A stretch of 60,234 bases of DNA, filler included, from an uncultured bacterium (GTDB taxonomy: Bacteria; Latescibacterota; UBA2968): assembly GCA_964471275.1 (NCBI GenBank). It is 2 parts of 2 records of this genome, joined end to end, with 100 filler letters (N's around TTAATTAATTAA, not from the genome) between each part and the next. Parts side by side here need not be neighbours in the genome. Positions count along the whole stretch, not along the records: positions 30,869 to 60,234 come from CAYYGZ010000024.1; 1 more part is not named here. One strand, written 5' to 3'. Both the position numbers and the translations under genes were made by a program. The notes beneath the pieces are model-generated. The model saw nothing but the letters and a program-made list of their open reading frames with translations. It searched no databases and had not been told where the DNA came from. Positions 37,012 through 48,811 of this stretch are shown here, piece by piece (the first letter of the stretch is position 1; each line of letters begins with the position of its first letter).

Positions 37012-40000
37012 CTAGTCCGCTGCCTGTGTAGCGTCTGCCGATTTGACATCTGCCTCCGGAACCTCCTGCGAGGCAAGAAACTCATAAAATCTCCAGCGAT
37101 CGTCCGCATCCTGCTGGGCATCGGCCATCAGCTCCCCGGACACCTCCGGTTTTTCCCGGGACAGCACGTGATACCTGGCTTCCTTGAGCGCATAGTCCGT
37201 GATCTTCATCGTCGGCGGCTTCGAGTCCAGCGACAGCGGGTGCTTACCCTCGGAAAGGAGCGCCGGGTTGTAGCGCATCAACGGCCGGTGGCCTGACGCA
37301 ACCGCAGCCTTCTGCTGATCCGTCGCTGTGCCCATGTGGATGCCGTGCGCGATACAATGCGCGTAAGCCAGGATCAGCGAGGGGCCCTCGTAGGCCTCAG
37401 CCTCGATGAAGGCACGAAGCGTCTGCATATCGTCTGCACCCATCGCGATCTTTGCCACATAGACATCCGAATAGGTCGTCGCGATCATTGTCGCCAGATC
37501 CTTCTTGCCTGCGCGTTTGCCTGCCGCGGCAAACTAGGCAACGGCGCCCTTGGGCGTGGACTTGGACATCTGTCCGCCCGTGTTCGAATACACTTCGGTA
37601 TCGAGGACGAGCACATTCACATTCCGGCCGGAAGCCAGGACGTGATCCAGCCCGCCAAACCCGATGTCGTATGCCCAGCCGTCGCCACCGACGACCCAGG
37701 CGCTCTTCTTCACCAGGTTGTCTGCCACGGAAAGCAAGTCGAGACCGTCAGGATCAGACGTCCCCTCGAGCTTCGCCTTCACCTGTGCGACCCGCTCGCG
37801 TTGCGCGTGGATCCCAGCCTCATCGGATTGGTCAGCGGAAAGAATCACGTCGGCAAGTTCGACCCCGATCTGCTCGCGCATCCGATCGACCAGCTCGGTT
37901 GCAAACTCCGTCTGCTTATCGATCGTGAGCCGGAAGCCCAGACCAAATTCTGCGTTGTCCTCAAACAGCGAGTTAGACCACGCCGGTCCTCGACCGTCGG
38001 CGTTCTTCGACCACGGTGTCGTTGGAAGATTCCCACCGTAGATCGATGAACAACCCGTGGCATTCGCGACGATCATCCGGTCGCCGAACAACTGCGTGGC
38101 GAGCTTGAGATAGGGGGTCTCGCCACATCCTGCACATGCGCTTGAGTATTCAAACAGCGGTTCGAGCAGCTGGCTGTTGCGAACGTTGCTCGCATTCAGG
38201 GTCTTGCGATCGACGCCAGGGAGCTCAAGGAAGAACGAGTAGTTCTCGCGCTCCTGTTCTCTCAGCGGCGCCTGTGGGACCATGTTTATCGCCTTCTTCG
38301 ACGTGTCCTGCTTGTTCTTCGCCGGGCAGAAGTGAACACATAGGCTGCAGCCCGTGCAGTCCTCGACGGCGACCTGGAGCGTATACTTGCTGCCCTTGAA
38401 GTCGCGGCTGCGCGCGTCCGTGGACAGAAACTGAGCGGGAGCATTGGCGAGCAGCTCCTCGTCATACACCTTCGGCCGGATACAGGCGTGCGGGCAGACG
38501 ATCGCGCACTTGTTGCACTGGATACACACATCGGGATCCCACGCTGGAACCTTGACGGCTATGTTCCGCTTCTCCCACCGCGTCGTGCCCGTGGGGTAGG
38601 TCCCATCAGCCGGGAGTGCGCTCACAGGAAGCTTGTCGCCGCATCCGGCCATCATCGGTGCGAGAATATTCGTCACCACTGCGGGAGCTTCATCAGACAC
38701 CGTCGGCGGCAGCTCGAGTGAACTCGTAACCATCTCCGGGAGCTCGATCTTATGCAGGTGAGCTTGAGCAGAGTCAACGGCGGCGTAGTTCATGTTGACC
38801 ACGATCTCGCCGCCCTTTCCGTATGTCTTCTTGATCGCCTGCTTGATCAGATCGATGGCTTCCTGCTCCGGGAGAATCGCCGAGATCGCGAAGAAGCAGG
38901 TCTGCATCACCGTGTTGATGCGTCCCCCCAAGCCGGCCTCGCGCGCGACGCGATAGGCGTCGATCGTGTAGAACTGGATCTTCTTCTTGATCAGCTTTTC
39001 CTGATAGCCCTTCGGGAGATGATCCCAGACTGTGTCCGGATCGTGCGGAGAATTCAGGAGGAAGGTGCCACCATCCACGAGATTGTCGAGCATCTCATAA
39101 CGTTCCAGGAACACCGGCTGATGGCAGGCCACGAAGTTGGCCCTGCTGATCAGGTAGGCTGACCGGACGGGAGAGGGGCCAAAGCGTAAGTGCGACGTGG
39201 TCACGGCACCGGCCTTCTTCGAGTCATACACGAAGTAGCCCTGCGCGTGGTTGTCCGTCGCTTCACCGATGATCTTGATGGAGTTCTTGTTGGCGCCGAC
39301 GGTGCCGTCTGAGCCCAGTCCGTAGAACANNNNNNNNNNGGAATACTTCATCCGGCTCGATATCGAAAGCCGAATCGTATTCGACGTGCAGTTGCGTGAC
39401 GTCGTCGTTGATCCCGACGGTGAAGTGTCGCTTTGGCGAGGCGTTGGCCATCTCGTCGTAGCATCCCTTGACCATCGCAGGAGTGAATTCCTTCGACGAC
39501 AGCCCATACCGGCCGCCGACCACGTTGATATTGGACCCGGACTCCCTGAGTGCGATGACGATATCCTGGTAGAGCGGTCCACCCGTGCTGCCGGGCTCCT
39601 TGGTCCGGTCGAGGGCCCCGATCACCTTCGTCATCCCGGGAATTGCATCGACAAATGCCTGAATAGGGAAGGGCCTGTAAAGCCGGACTTTTATGACGCC
39701 AACCTTTTCCCCTTGCTCGTTCATAGCTCGAACGGTTTCCTCGACCGTGCCCGCTCCTGACCCCATCAGAACGATCACCCGCTCTGCATCCGGCGCGCCC
39801 ACGTATTCGAAGAGGCTGTATGCCCGCCCCGTCAGTTCTGCAAACTGATCCATCTTCCGTTGCACGATTTCCGGACAGGCCGTGTAGACACCGTTTGAGG
39901 CCTCGCGGCTCTGGAAGAAGATATCCGGATTCTGTGCCGTGCCGCGTATGACCGGTGCGTCAGGCGTCAGGGCCCGTGAACGGTGAGCCCGGACAAGATC

Positions 40001-40591
40001 AGAGTCGATCATCGCCCGCATCTGGTCCTCGTCCAGGGCGTCGATCTTCATGACCTCGTGGGATGTGCGGAAACCGTCAAAGAAGTGAAGGAAGGGAACC
40101 CGCGCCTCAAGAGTCGCTGCCGTCGAGATCAGGGCAAAATCGTGCGCCTCCTGGACCGATCCAGATGACAGCATCGCAAAACCGGTTGAGCGCGTCGACA
40201 TCACGTCCGAATGATCGCCAAAGATCGAGAGCGCGTGTGTCGCAACGCTCCGTGCGGCGACATGAAACACCGTGGGCGTCAGCTCGCCCGCGATTTTATA
40301 CATATTCGAGACCATCAGCAGGAGGCCCTGCGAAGCCGTAAACGTGGTCGTCAGGGCGCCTGTCTGCAACGCGCCGTGGACCGATCCGGCTGCACCGCTC
40401 TCACTCTGCATCTCCATCACGTGAGGCACTGTGCCCCAGATGTTCTTCTGTCCCGAGGCCGAGTAGGCGTCTGCGTGCTCGGCCATCTCCGACGAGGGCG
40501 TGATAGGATAGATCGCCACGACCTCGTTGATCTTGTGGGCCACCAGTGCTACAGCTTCGTTCCCATCGACCGTAATCTTCTGTGTTGCCAT
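37012..40591 (-). pseudogene. nifJ: Pyruvate:ferredoxin (flavodoxin) oxidoreductase with in-frame TAG at 37534-37536 (gap at 39330-39339)
   Basis: YPITPSS, GLGSDGTVGANK, CIQCNKC and CTGCSLC ferredoxin motifs, GGDGWAYDIG; PKGAVA*FAAAGK continues in frame to 37012. Confidence 0.9.
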
Positions 40592-40640
40592 CTCGTACCT
40601 CCCCGCGTCACGTCAGTCAATCATCACCGTATTTTCTGGA

Positions 40641-40656
40641 AGCAACGCATATGCCA
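40641..40656 (-). promoter_or_regulatory. Sigma54 (-24/-12) promoter for the nifJ operon
   Basis: Minus strand TGGCAT-ATGCG-TTGCT, one base off TGGCAC-N5-TTGCW; 50 nt upstream of ATG with GGAGG RBS. Confidence 0.8.
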
Positions 40657-40731
40657 CCTCCATACACTTCAGTTAACTCTTTATTTTACTGGGGTTGACG
40701 ACATGACGGTCCAAGCAGACAGACGGCTTAT

Positions 40732-40751
40732 CTGGGACAGGTCTGTCCCAG
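40732..40751. promoter_or_regulatory. Perfect inverted repeat, candidate enhancer (UAS) for a sigma54 activator
   Basis: CTGGGACAG-gt-CTGTCCCAG, about 75-95 nt upstream of the -24 element. Confidence 0.55.
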
Positions 40752-40774
40752 CCAATCGGTGTGGCTCACACAAG

Positions 40775-40805
40775 AAAAAGCCGCCTGCATCGGAGACGCG
40801 GCGGC
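40775..40805 (-). terminator. Rho-independent terminator
   Basis: Minus strand GCCGCCGCGTC-tcc-GATGCAGGCGGC-TTTTT after the 40832 stop. Confidence 0.7.
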
Positions 40806-40831
40806 AATGGCGGCAGAATGTGGCATTCCTG

Positions 40832-42025
40832 TCAGGTCGTCTGGGTGACCGTTCGTTTGCGGGACCTGCCCTTCAGCGCATCCTTCGAAATCCTCGGTGT
40901 CACATAGTGCAAAATGGTCTCGAGGTTCTCGCGCGACATCTTCAGAAACCGACATCTCGCGAATGGGCCATCCTCATTCACGACCCGGGCCGGCCACCCG
41001 TTCAGGAAGCCCAGATCGGCATCGTCTACCGACAACCGAATGAGATCACCCATCTTGAAGGCTTCTGCCGGTGAGACAACGAACCCGCTGGCGCTCAGTT
41101 CCATCAACTGCGCCGGGAGCGAATCGACCTCGTGCAAATCGAAGAGTTCCTCCGATAGTGTTGCTCTGCCGTATGACTTCGCCGATATGCGATCCACCTT
41201 CGCGGTGGATTCGAGATCGCAACTGAAGATCTTTCGGTCCGTGTTGTATACGAGTTCGTCGCCGTGCTCGAACATTAGGTAGCGAATCGGCCGTTCGTAG
41301 GCCTTGATGAGCGCCGTGCCGAATCGACATTCACCGCCACCGGGTGACCAGTAGAACGCCCAGAGCTTCTTCTGGGCGCGCAGCTTGACGGGCTGGTCTC
41401 GTTCCTGAAGGGGGCCGGTGAGTATCGCCAGATCATCCAGTCCCAGGATGGGAGCAGAAAGCAGACGAAAATGTTCCGCCCCACGGGCGAGAATGTAGAT
41501 CCTTTGCCCGATCATCATATGCCGCGTGTTCTGCGGCCGTCGATCCTCAGGGATGTAACGGTAGCCCAGCTTCTCCCTTACAGCAGAAATGCGCTCGATC
41601 TCTTGCTCCATTTCAAGCCAGGGAAGCCGGCGCACCTTGACCATTCGTTTCCGAACAGCCTGATCAAAACCGTCGATTGAAAATACGACCTGGGAGGGAT
41701 TTGTCTCCGGACTCACCATCGCCAGCCGCTCGACCGTGGCCTGTTGGATCGGGTCCATGCCCTTCTGGTCACAGACCTTCTGGAGCTGGTCGAACCCACG
41801 GGCAAGCACATCACGCCGCCGCAGATATCTCCGGACGCGATAGGCCAGAACCGGGATCGTCAAGAGGGCGGCAAAAACAACAACAATCCAGTAGATTGTC
41901 TCGTTCGAAACCGCCTCCCGAGATCCCAACGACTTCAGGACGGGCTGGAATCCATCGGTTTTCAGTGGGAACAGCACCCGAATCACCCCCTTGTGTCTGA
42001 TTGACCTGCTGTAGAACTCCCGCAC
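40832..42025 (-). CDS. Membrane-anchored protein with C-terminal PilZ/YcgR-like region (start uncertain)
   Basis: TM IYWIVVVFAALLTIPVLAY; DRKIF and ELSASG resemble degenerate RxxxR and DxSxxG motifs. Confidence 0.5.
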   Translation of the reverse strand: MREFYSRSIRHKGVIRVLFPLKTDGFQPVLKSLGSREAVSNETIYWIVVVFAALLTIPVLAYRVRRYLRRRDVLARGFDQLQKVCDQKGMDPIQQATVERLAMVSPETNPSQVVFSIDGFDQAVRKRMVKVRRLPWLEMEQEIERISAVREKLGYRYIPEDRRPQNTRHMMIGQRIYILARGAEHFRLLSAPILGLDDLAILTGPLQERDQPVKLRAQKKLWAFYWSPGGGECRFGTALIKAYERPIRYLMFEHGDELVYNTDRKIFSCDLESTAKVDRISAKSYGRATLSEELFDLHEVDSLPAQLMELSASGFVVSPAEAFKMGDLIRLSVDDADLGFLNGWPARVVNEDGPFARCRFLKMSRENLETILHYVTPRISKDALKGRSRKRTVTQTT

Positions 42026-42084
42026 CTAAGATATAAGCTTCTGGGGGCAATCAGACTACCCTAGCTCTCATCCGGTCCCCTGTG

Positions 42085-42393
42085 TCAGACGAAAAGCAGA
42101 CTGCTGATCTTCACCACAAGGTCCTCCGGCTTGGCGACCCTGGGCACAACCGCGTCGGGACCGAAGGATTCTAGCTCTTGCTGCTCACACTCCTCTGCCA
42201 TCACAACCACGGGGGCGCTGCTGCAATGATGAGACTGCTCAGCGACCCAACGACCCTTCGTCAACCCGAAAAAACGACCCAGATGCGGATCGAGAAGCAC
42301 CAGATCCGGATGATCGTGCTCGCACAGATCGAACGCTTCGCCATACCGGGATCTTAGTTCATCATCCGGTTCCATCACCAAAAGTTTGTCCAT
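42085..42393 (-). CDS. Degenerate, shortened receiver-domain protein
   Basis: KLLVMEPD and PDLVLLD; segment between helix 1 and strand 3 is short; KP motif displaced. Confidence 0.55.
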   Translation of the reverse strand: MDKLLVMEPDDELRSRYGEAFDLCEHDHPDLVLLDPHLGRFFGLTKGRWVAEQSHHCSSAPVVVMAEECEQQELESFGPDAVVPRVAKPEDLVVKISSLLFV

Positions 42394-42546
42394 CTCCTCT
42401 CACGTCGCGCAACTCTGACTCTGTTCACAAGGAACCTGTATTCCCACTCACTAGACCCGAAATAATGCGGCTTCGCAAGCGAAAACCGTCCACGCCGGTG
42501 TGGCGGGTATGCCCCATCCTGCACACGGGTGTCACACGGACAGATC

Positions 42547-42574
42547 AAAAGCCCGCCGTCCGAAGACGGCGGGC
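42547..42574 (-). terminator. Rho-independent terminator
   Basis: Perfect 10-bp stem GCCCGCCGTC/GACGGCGGGC, UUCG loop and UUUU tail on minus strand. Confidence 0.85.
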
Positions 42575-42602
42575 CCTGTCGGAGCGGGATATCCGGATGT
42601 GA

Positions 42603-43994
42603 CTAACCTACGGAGAACGAGGAGGCGTCGATCTCGTGCTTGGCAAGCAGACGGTGGAGCGATCTTCTGTCGATCCCGCTGGATTCTGCTGCGCGCGAGA
42701 TATTCCCACCGTGGTTTCTGAGCAGATGACCGATGTAATGACGCTCGAAATCTTCGACAACGGAGTCCTTCGCGTCTTTAAAGGGCATGTGCAATTTGTC
42801 GGATGCCAGTCGCCCCCCTCTGGCCGTGTTCTCTCCCATATTCTCGGGCAGATCAACCACCCCGATCTCACTGGCCGTCGCCAGTGCTACACCTCGCTCA
42901 ATCACGTGCTGCAGTTCACGGACATTGCCCGGCCAACCGTGTCGGTTCAGGACCGTCATCGCTTCATCCGAAACAGCTGTCACGCGATTGCCCGGGCTGT
43001 ATCCCCGGAGAAAATGAGCCGCCAGCAGCGGGATATCCTCGATCCGTTCTCGAAGTGGGGGAACGCGAATCACAAAGGTGTTGATCCGGTAGTAGAGGTC
43101 TTCGCGAAATTTCCCATCATCGATCAGGGCCTCGCAATCCTGATTGGTCGCAGAAATCAGCCGGATGTCGACATCCCGTTCACGATTGCTCCCAACCCGA
43201 CGAATCTTCCGCTCTTCCAGAACGCGCAGAAACTTGACTTGCAGGTTCATGGGCAACTCGCCGATCTCATCCAGAAAGAACGTGCCTCCGTTGGCGTGCT
43301 CCATTAGCCCGGGCCGGACCGCATTCGCACCCGTAAACGCCCCCTTCTCGTGACCAAAGAGCTCGCTCTCAACGAGGTGTTCCGGGAGTCCCCCACAATT
43401 CAGCGGCACGAGCGGACCCTTGAGACGCTTGCTGTTGGCGTGGACACTCCGGGCGATCAGCTCCTTGCCCGTCCCACTCTCCCCCGTGATCAATACATTC
43501 GCCTCGGTTGCCGCCACACGCCTCACGAGATCGAAGACGCGGTTCATCGCTGCGCTGCGTCCGATGATGTTCTCGAACCGGAACTTCTCCTCGAGTTGAT
43601 CCTGCAGACTGCGGTTTTCAAGCTCCAGACGCTTCTGATGCAGTGCACGCTCAACAGCGATCAGGAGATGATCCGGAGAGAAGGGTTTGGTGATGAAATC
43701 GAACGCGCCTTCCTTCATCGCTTCCACGGCGTCCTCGATCGTCCCGAAACCCGTAAACATCATAACCATAATATCTGGATGGTCTTCTTTTGTGCGTCGG
43801 AGTACTTCCATCCCGTCCAGACCGGGCATCTTGAGATCCGTGATCACCAGGTCAGGCCGAAACACGCCGACCTTCTCGACACCCTCACGCCCGTTCTCGG
43901 CTACCGCCACCTCATAGCCTTCCCGCTCCAGGAACTTGTGACACGTGCTGAGCATGTCCGGTTCGTCATCGACGACAAGTATTCTCGACTCCAT
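42603..43994 (-). CDS. Sigma54-dependent response regulator (NtrC/AtoC family enhancer-binding protein)
   Basis: Receiver [39 protein letters not shown], Fis-type HTH. Confidence 0.96.
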   Translation of the reverse strand: MESRILVVDDEPDMLSTCHKFLEREGYEVAVAENGREGVEKVGVFRPDLVITDLKMPGLDGMEVLRRTKEDHPDIMVMMFTGFGTIEDAVEAMKEGAFDFITKPFSPDHLLIAVERALHQKRLELENRSLQDQLEEKFRFENIIGRSAAMNRVFDLVRRVAATEANVLITGESGTGKELIARSVHANSKRLKGPLVPLNCGGLPEHLVESELFGHEKGAFTGANAVRPGLMEHANGGTFFLDEIGELPMNLQVKFLRVLEERKIRRVGSNRERDVDIRLISATNQDCEALIDDGKFREDLYYRINTFVIRVPPLRERIEDIPLLAAHFLRGYSPGNRVTAVSDEAMTVLNRHGWPGNVRELQHVIERGVALATASEIGVVDLPENMGENTARGGRLASDKLHMPFKDAKDSVVEDFERHYIGHLLRNHGGNISRAAESSGIDRRSLHRLLAKHEIDASSFSVG

Positions 43995-44003
43995 AGCCTT
44001 CTC

Positions 44004-45185
44004 TTAGACCCCTCTTATCGGCAGGAGCACGGTGAAGGTCGCTCCATCGCCCACCTGGCTCTCTGCCTCCAGCCGGCCACCGTGCTCTTGCACGATGCCG
44101 TAGCTGATCGCCAGACCCAGTCCCGTTCCCTTCCCCACTTCCTTAGTCGTAAAGAACGGATCGAACAGCCGCTCCAGATTCTCTCTTGGAATCCCTTCAC
44201 CTGTGTCAGCAACACGGATCAGGATCATCTCATTCTCGCCCTCGACAGTGGCGGAGGAGCCGACACGGAGCACGCCGCCATCGGGCATCGCATCCATCGA
44301 GTTGTTGAACAGGTTCAGCATCACCTGTTCGATCCGTGTCGTGTCAAAAGTCACAAGCGGCAGATCCGGATCCAGATCGAGTTCACACTGGATACCTCGA
44401 TTCTTTAGCACATGTTCGACCAGACCGACGGCGTTCGCCACCGTCCGGTTCGCGTCGGCTTCTTTCGGCTCAAACGGCGACTGTCTCGAGAACGCAAGTA
44501 ATCCCGATATGATCTGAACGACCTTCTCACACTGTCTCTGAATCACCTGGATATCGTCCAGAATATCGGCCCGACAATCCTCCTCCCTGGCTTCGCGCAT
44601 CAGACTCGCATTCCTCATCAGAATGATGCTGGCAGGATTGTTAATCTCGTGCGCAATCCCGCCGACAAGTTCACCAAGACTGGCCAGTTTCGACGACTGG
44701 ATCAGTTGCTCCTCCAAACGCTTGCGATCCGTGATGTTCCGCACGATGCCTGTGAACATTCGAACGCCATCAAGCCGGAATTCACTCACGGCCAGATCCA
44801 TCGGAAACGACGAACCGTCTTTCTGAAGACCCATGACCTCTCGTCCGATCCCGATAATTCGGCCCTGGCTCGTGTCCAGGTATTGGGAGACGTAGTTTTC
44901 GTGTTCTGTCCGGTATGGCTCGGGCATCAGCATCTTCACGTCCTGACCAACCACCTCGTCCGCGAGATACCCGAAAATATCCTCGGCAGGCCGGTTAAAT
45001 GACTGGATTTTCCCGGCTTCGTCGATCGTAATGATGCCATCCAGGATGTTGTCCAGGAGCGACTCAAGCAGGTCTTCCCTGTCATCCGCCGCTACTGGGT
45101 GTAGCTTCTGACTGGCCCGCTCCAAGTCCGCGACTCTCGCTTTGAGCCGGGCGATCTCTGCTTGGTCATTCGATGCTTCGTGCAC
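44004..45185 (-). CDS. Cytoplasmic PAS histidine kinase with FixL-type heme-PAS domain
   Basis: [14 protein letters not shown]...[44 protein letters not shown]; no TM helix. Confidence 0.9.
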   Translation of the reverse strand: MHEASNDQAEIARLKARVADLERASQKLHPVAADDREDLLESLLDNILDGIITIDEAGKIQSFNRPAEDIFGYLADEVVGQDVKMLMPEPYRTEHENYVSQYLDTSQGRIIGIGREVMGLQKDGSSFPMDLAVSEFRLDGVRMFTGIVRNITDRKRLEEQLIQSSKLASLGELVGGIAHEINNPASIILMRNASLMREAREEDCRADILDDIQVIQRQCEKVVQIISGLLAFSRQSPFEPKEADANRTVANAVGLVEHVLKNRGIQCELDLDPDLPLVTFDTTRIEQVMLNLFNNSMDAMPDGGVLRVGSSATVEGENEMILIRVADTGEGIPRENLERLFDPFFTTKEVGKGTGLGLAISYGIVQEHGGRLEAESQVGDGATFTVLLPIRGV

Positions 45186-45283
45186 AATCCCCTCGAGCGT
45201 TTGATTTCATCGGCCATAAATATAGGTGTTTCGGCAGTATCCGGGAAAAGAACCACCCAAACCCAATCTACTGGCCCGCAGGA

Positions 45284-48200
45284 CTACTTCAGGAACATCA
45301 TCTTGCGGACGGACGTGAACGTGTCTGCATTCATTCGGACAAAATACAGCCCGGATGCGACAGAGCAGCCAAAGTCGTCCTTGCCATCCCAGACGATCCG
45401 GTGGAATCCTGCCTGTAGGTTGCCATCGGCGAGAACTGCCACCTCCTGCCCCAAGACATTGTAGATCGACAACCGAAGGGCACCCGATTCAGGCACAGAG
45501 AACGGGATAACCGTCTCCGGGTTGAACGGGTTGGGATAGTTCTGGTTAAGTGCAAACCGATCAGGCAAAGGCCGGAACTGAGCCACCAAATCTGATCTGA
45601 CGGGGGTGATTCGGCCAATTCCATCAGCGAGATCGATACCCAGCAGCTCGATGGACGCCGTTGCCGTGGGATCAAGCAGCCGGAACTTGGCCTGGAGCAA
45701 CTCACCCGATCCCGTAATCGGTTCGGCCAGGACATCAGCCGATGTCGTCGTGCCACCACCTGCCAAGAATAAGGCCGGGCTGTCACCCGTCGAGAACCAG
45801 GAAGCAACAGGTGACTTGACCGAGATCAACTCGAGAAGCGTCTCGTCGTAGCCCAGCTGAACCTGATAGCCAGCGACAACGGACACATCTTCGAGACCGA
45901 TCGAAACATCGACGATGGAGCTGCCCTTTACCGGTGTGGCCAGGAGACTCACCGAAGCATTCACGTTCCCGACCCCAGCACGCTCTTGGAGAGGGCCGGT
46001 TTCACCGTTGTACCGAAGAGACCGGCAAAGGTGATGAAGTCGCCAAAGCCGATGCTGCCGTCCTGATCCAGATCAAACGTCGCATCGAAATCTGCGTCTG
46101 TCGAGACCTTGCCGAAATTACCGGCAAAGGCGATGAAGTCACCGAAACCGACCGATCCGTCACCGTCGAAGTCCGGTGTGGGCGGCCCAGTGCTCTCGCT
46201 GCCGACCTGAACAGTCGCGCCACCGTCGGGCTGATCGACGAAGACCTCGATGCTGAATGCCTCGAAGGCGCCGGTGGCCAGACGCTGGCCAAATACGTTC
46301 ACTGACGTGCCTACAACAATGTCTGTGAGCGAGCCCTGCGGCGGGTCAAAGAAAGGATCGGGGTCCTGATGCCGCGTGGTCACCTTTCCAAAGCCGCCAG
46401 GAGGCGGGGGAGGAGGCATATCACCATCTCCTCCCTGAAAAATCAGGGCGATGTCTGTATCCGTCGTCAGAATAACATTTTCGACATCACCATTCTCTCG
46501 TTCGAGCTCGAAACCAGTTCCGGCAGGATCAACCGACACGACGTTACCGGATATCCACTCACCATCACCACCCGGAGGATGCTGACCGCCAGCAAAAGCC
46601 ATGTCGAAATCGGCACGATCGATGCTCCCGTCGTTGTTCAGGTCCTTGGCCGAGGCCGTATCGCCCAACCAGATGTTCACGTCGGCGTCATCTACGACAC
46701 CATTCCCATCAAGATCACCTGGAAGACCCAGAGGCGGCAGGGCGGGAGGAGAGAGAGAGATTGCGAGATCTGCAACGCTCGCGCCGGAGACGGAAACTTC
46801 CCCGGGTACGCCTGTACCTTCAGGGTCATAGAATCCGACGAGCCGCCTCGGCTTACCATCCGGTCCCCGAGTCTGTGTCGATGCGCCGACCAGATAAGTG
46901 CCATCAGGCACGAATCTGAGCACGAAGCCCAGATCGAGTTCAGGTACTTCGATCCGAAGGGCCTTCCGGGTCGTGCGGTTCACCGCCAGATCGGGATCTT
47001 CTGCTGGCATCAGGCCGCCGCTGCCCGTTCTCTCCTGGCCCGTTGCCTGAGCCAGAACAGCCCGCTTTCCAGCCGCATCGACGGGTCCGGTAGTGGTCAT
47101 CCCCTCCCCCGTCAGTTCCTCACGAATCTCGGCCAGCGCCTCAACGGGCACCAGGACCACCACGCCGGAGGCCCTGTCCGGTAGTGCCTCGATGCCTTCC
47201 GGCAGAGCAAGCGACCCCGACACCGAGGACTCAGGAAGGTCTGCGGTACCCAGGAAGAAGTTCTGCCAATTCTCCCCACCGATTCGCGTACCACCGAATA
47301 CTAGCTGGAAGGTAGCGTCTTCCGGCAGATCGATCGTCCCCGAGAGGCTGGTACCGTCCCCACTCAGCGTGAATTCGGGCCCGGCATCCTCCCCAAGCTG
47401 AGGAATCAGCTTGAAAGGGAACGGCAGATCCAGTTCTCCCCGGTCGTTAACGTGCCGCAGTGCTCCCTGATTGAGCGTGATCACCACATCCTGTAGCCCA
47501 CTCGCAACAGGCGGATTGCTCACGCCTTCATCCACGATCACCCCTCCGATTGTAAGGGTGGCAATCTGAAGAGGAACAGGTTCCGGGGCGGGCTCGACCG
47601 TAATGTCGATTCCCTCTGTAACAGCGCCCCCGATCACCTTCACGATATCCGCAGTTCCTTCGGCATCTGCATCATAAATAACTCGCCGGGCTCGGCTGTC
47701 ATCGTCACCGAGCCTCGGCAGCTCTCTTAGTACAAGGATGTAGTCCCCGTCCTCGATGAAACCGAACGAAAACACCTGGCTATCGGCCAATGGTACTTGG
47801 GCTGCGATAAATGACCCGATCTCCTCCCCCGCCTGCAGCGCCTCGAGAGCGCCGACGAAGTAGAGATTGACGATCCCGCGCTCGATTGGCGCAAGACTCG
47901 CGTCCACATTAACGGATCCAGATACGCCGCCCGTCGGGGCTTCCTTCGTTCCGACCACATAGGACGCACCCGAACCGGGCTCGCTTCCGGGATAGCTGCT
48001 GACCCGGATCCGGAAGAATGTCTCCACAGCCACATTGATGTTGAGAATGAGGGACAGTCCGTCGGCGCTGATCCGCCGATCCTGGATCCCGTCAGCGATC
48101 CCGGCTGGCCAGACACGCACATCGAGGTTCCGAGTGTTGATTCTCCCGTCACCGATATTCCCGTCGATCGGCACACCGAACACCAGCTGAAGCTCCCGGA

Positions 48201-48690
48201 CACCAGCGTCGAACGTCACAGGGATATCTGGCGTGATCTCCTGGCCATCCACGAGCGCAAGGATATCCCCCGCACTGACCGCAGGTGTCTGCGTGTTGTC
48301 GCCGGGCCGCTGGGAAGCAAAACTCGTCGCGTCTCCCGGATTTGTCACGGTTGCGCCGGCATCCGGTGTGCCGTCACCATCCGCGTCACCCAGCTCCGCA
48401 CCATTCGTGACACCGTCCCCATCCGAATCCAGCCCGGCCAGTGTCGCGTTCCAAGTGACGGTTGCCCCGCCCCCCGAGCCGCTCAGAAACCCGTTCTCGA
48501 TATCCTGCCCAAAAGCATTCCTGGGGCCGCCTCCGTTCGCTCGCGTGTGACAGGTCCCGCAGTTGAATGCACTGCCATTCGGCAATTGGCTGACCCGCGA
48601 CGGACGTGCATCCGCCTCTTGCACACCGAAAACCAGGATCAGAGAGATCGACCAGATCGTCGGACCTGTCCAACGAATAAGCGCCTTCAT
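45284..48690 (-). pseudogene. Large secreted multidomain protein (CxxCH/temptin-like N-domain, EF-hand/dockerin-like, cohesin-like, FlgD-Ig/T9SS-type C-terminus), split by a probable frameshift at about 45964
   Basis: ATG at 48690 after GGAGGA; NCGTCH; DFDGDGSVGFGDF and DLDQDGSIGFGDF; downstream frame reads GNVNASVSL...FALNQNYPNPFNPET with no signal peptide. Confidence 0.7.
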
Positions 48691-48811
48691 GGAATCCTCC
48701 GGGAGTAGATCGAGTTTAATCTGCGTGGAATGTACAGAGAGCAAAGTGAGAGAAAATAGCACTGATACAAGGAAGAATAACGCGAAAAGGCACGGTGCCC
48801 CGTGACCGCAG

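Noticed and set aside
37534..37536. Pyrrolysine or amber readthrough in nifJ
   Set aside because: No pyl genes or tRNA in the window, TAG is an ordinary stop for other genes, and neighbours are also decaying
39330..39339. Frameshift splitting nifJ into two ORFs
   Set aside because: The frame change coincides with a 10-N gap of arbitrary length
42474..42488. Third sigma54 promoter upstream of the degenerate receiver
   Set aside because: GG to GC spacing is 9 nt rather than the required 10
45207..45233. Sigma28 promoter for the PAS kinase (GCCGATGA)
   Set aside because: The -35 element at correct spacing is CGAA, a poor match; too weak to call
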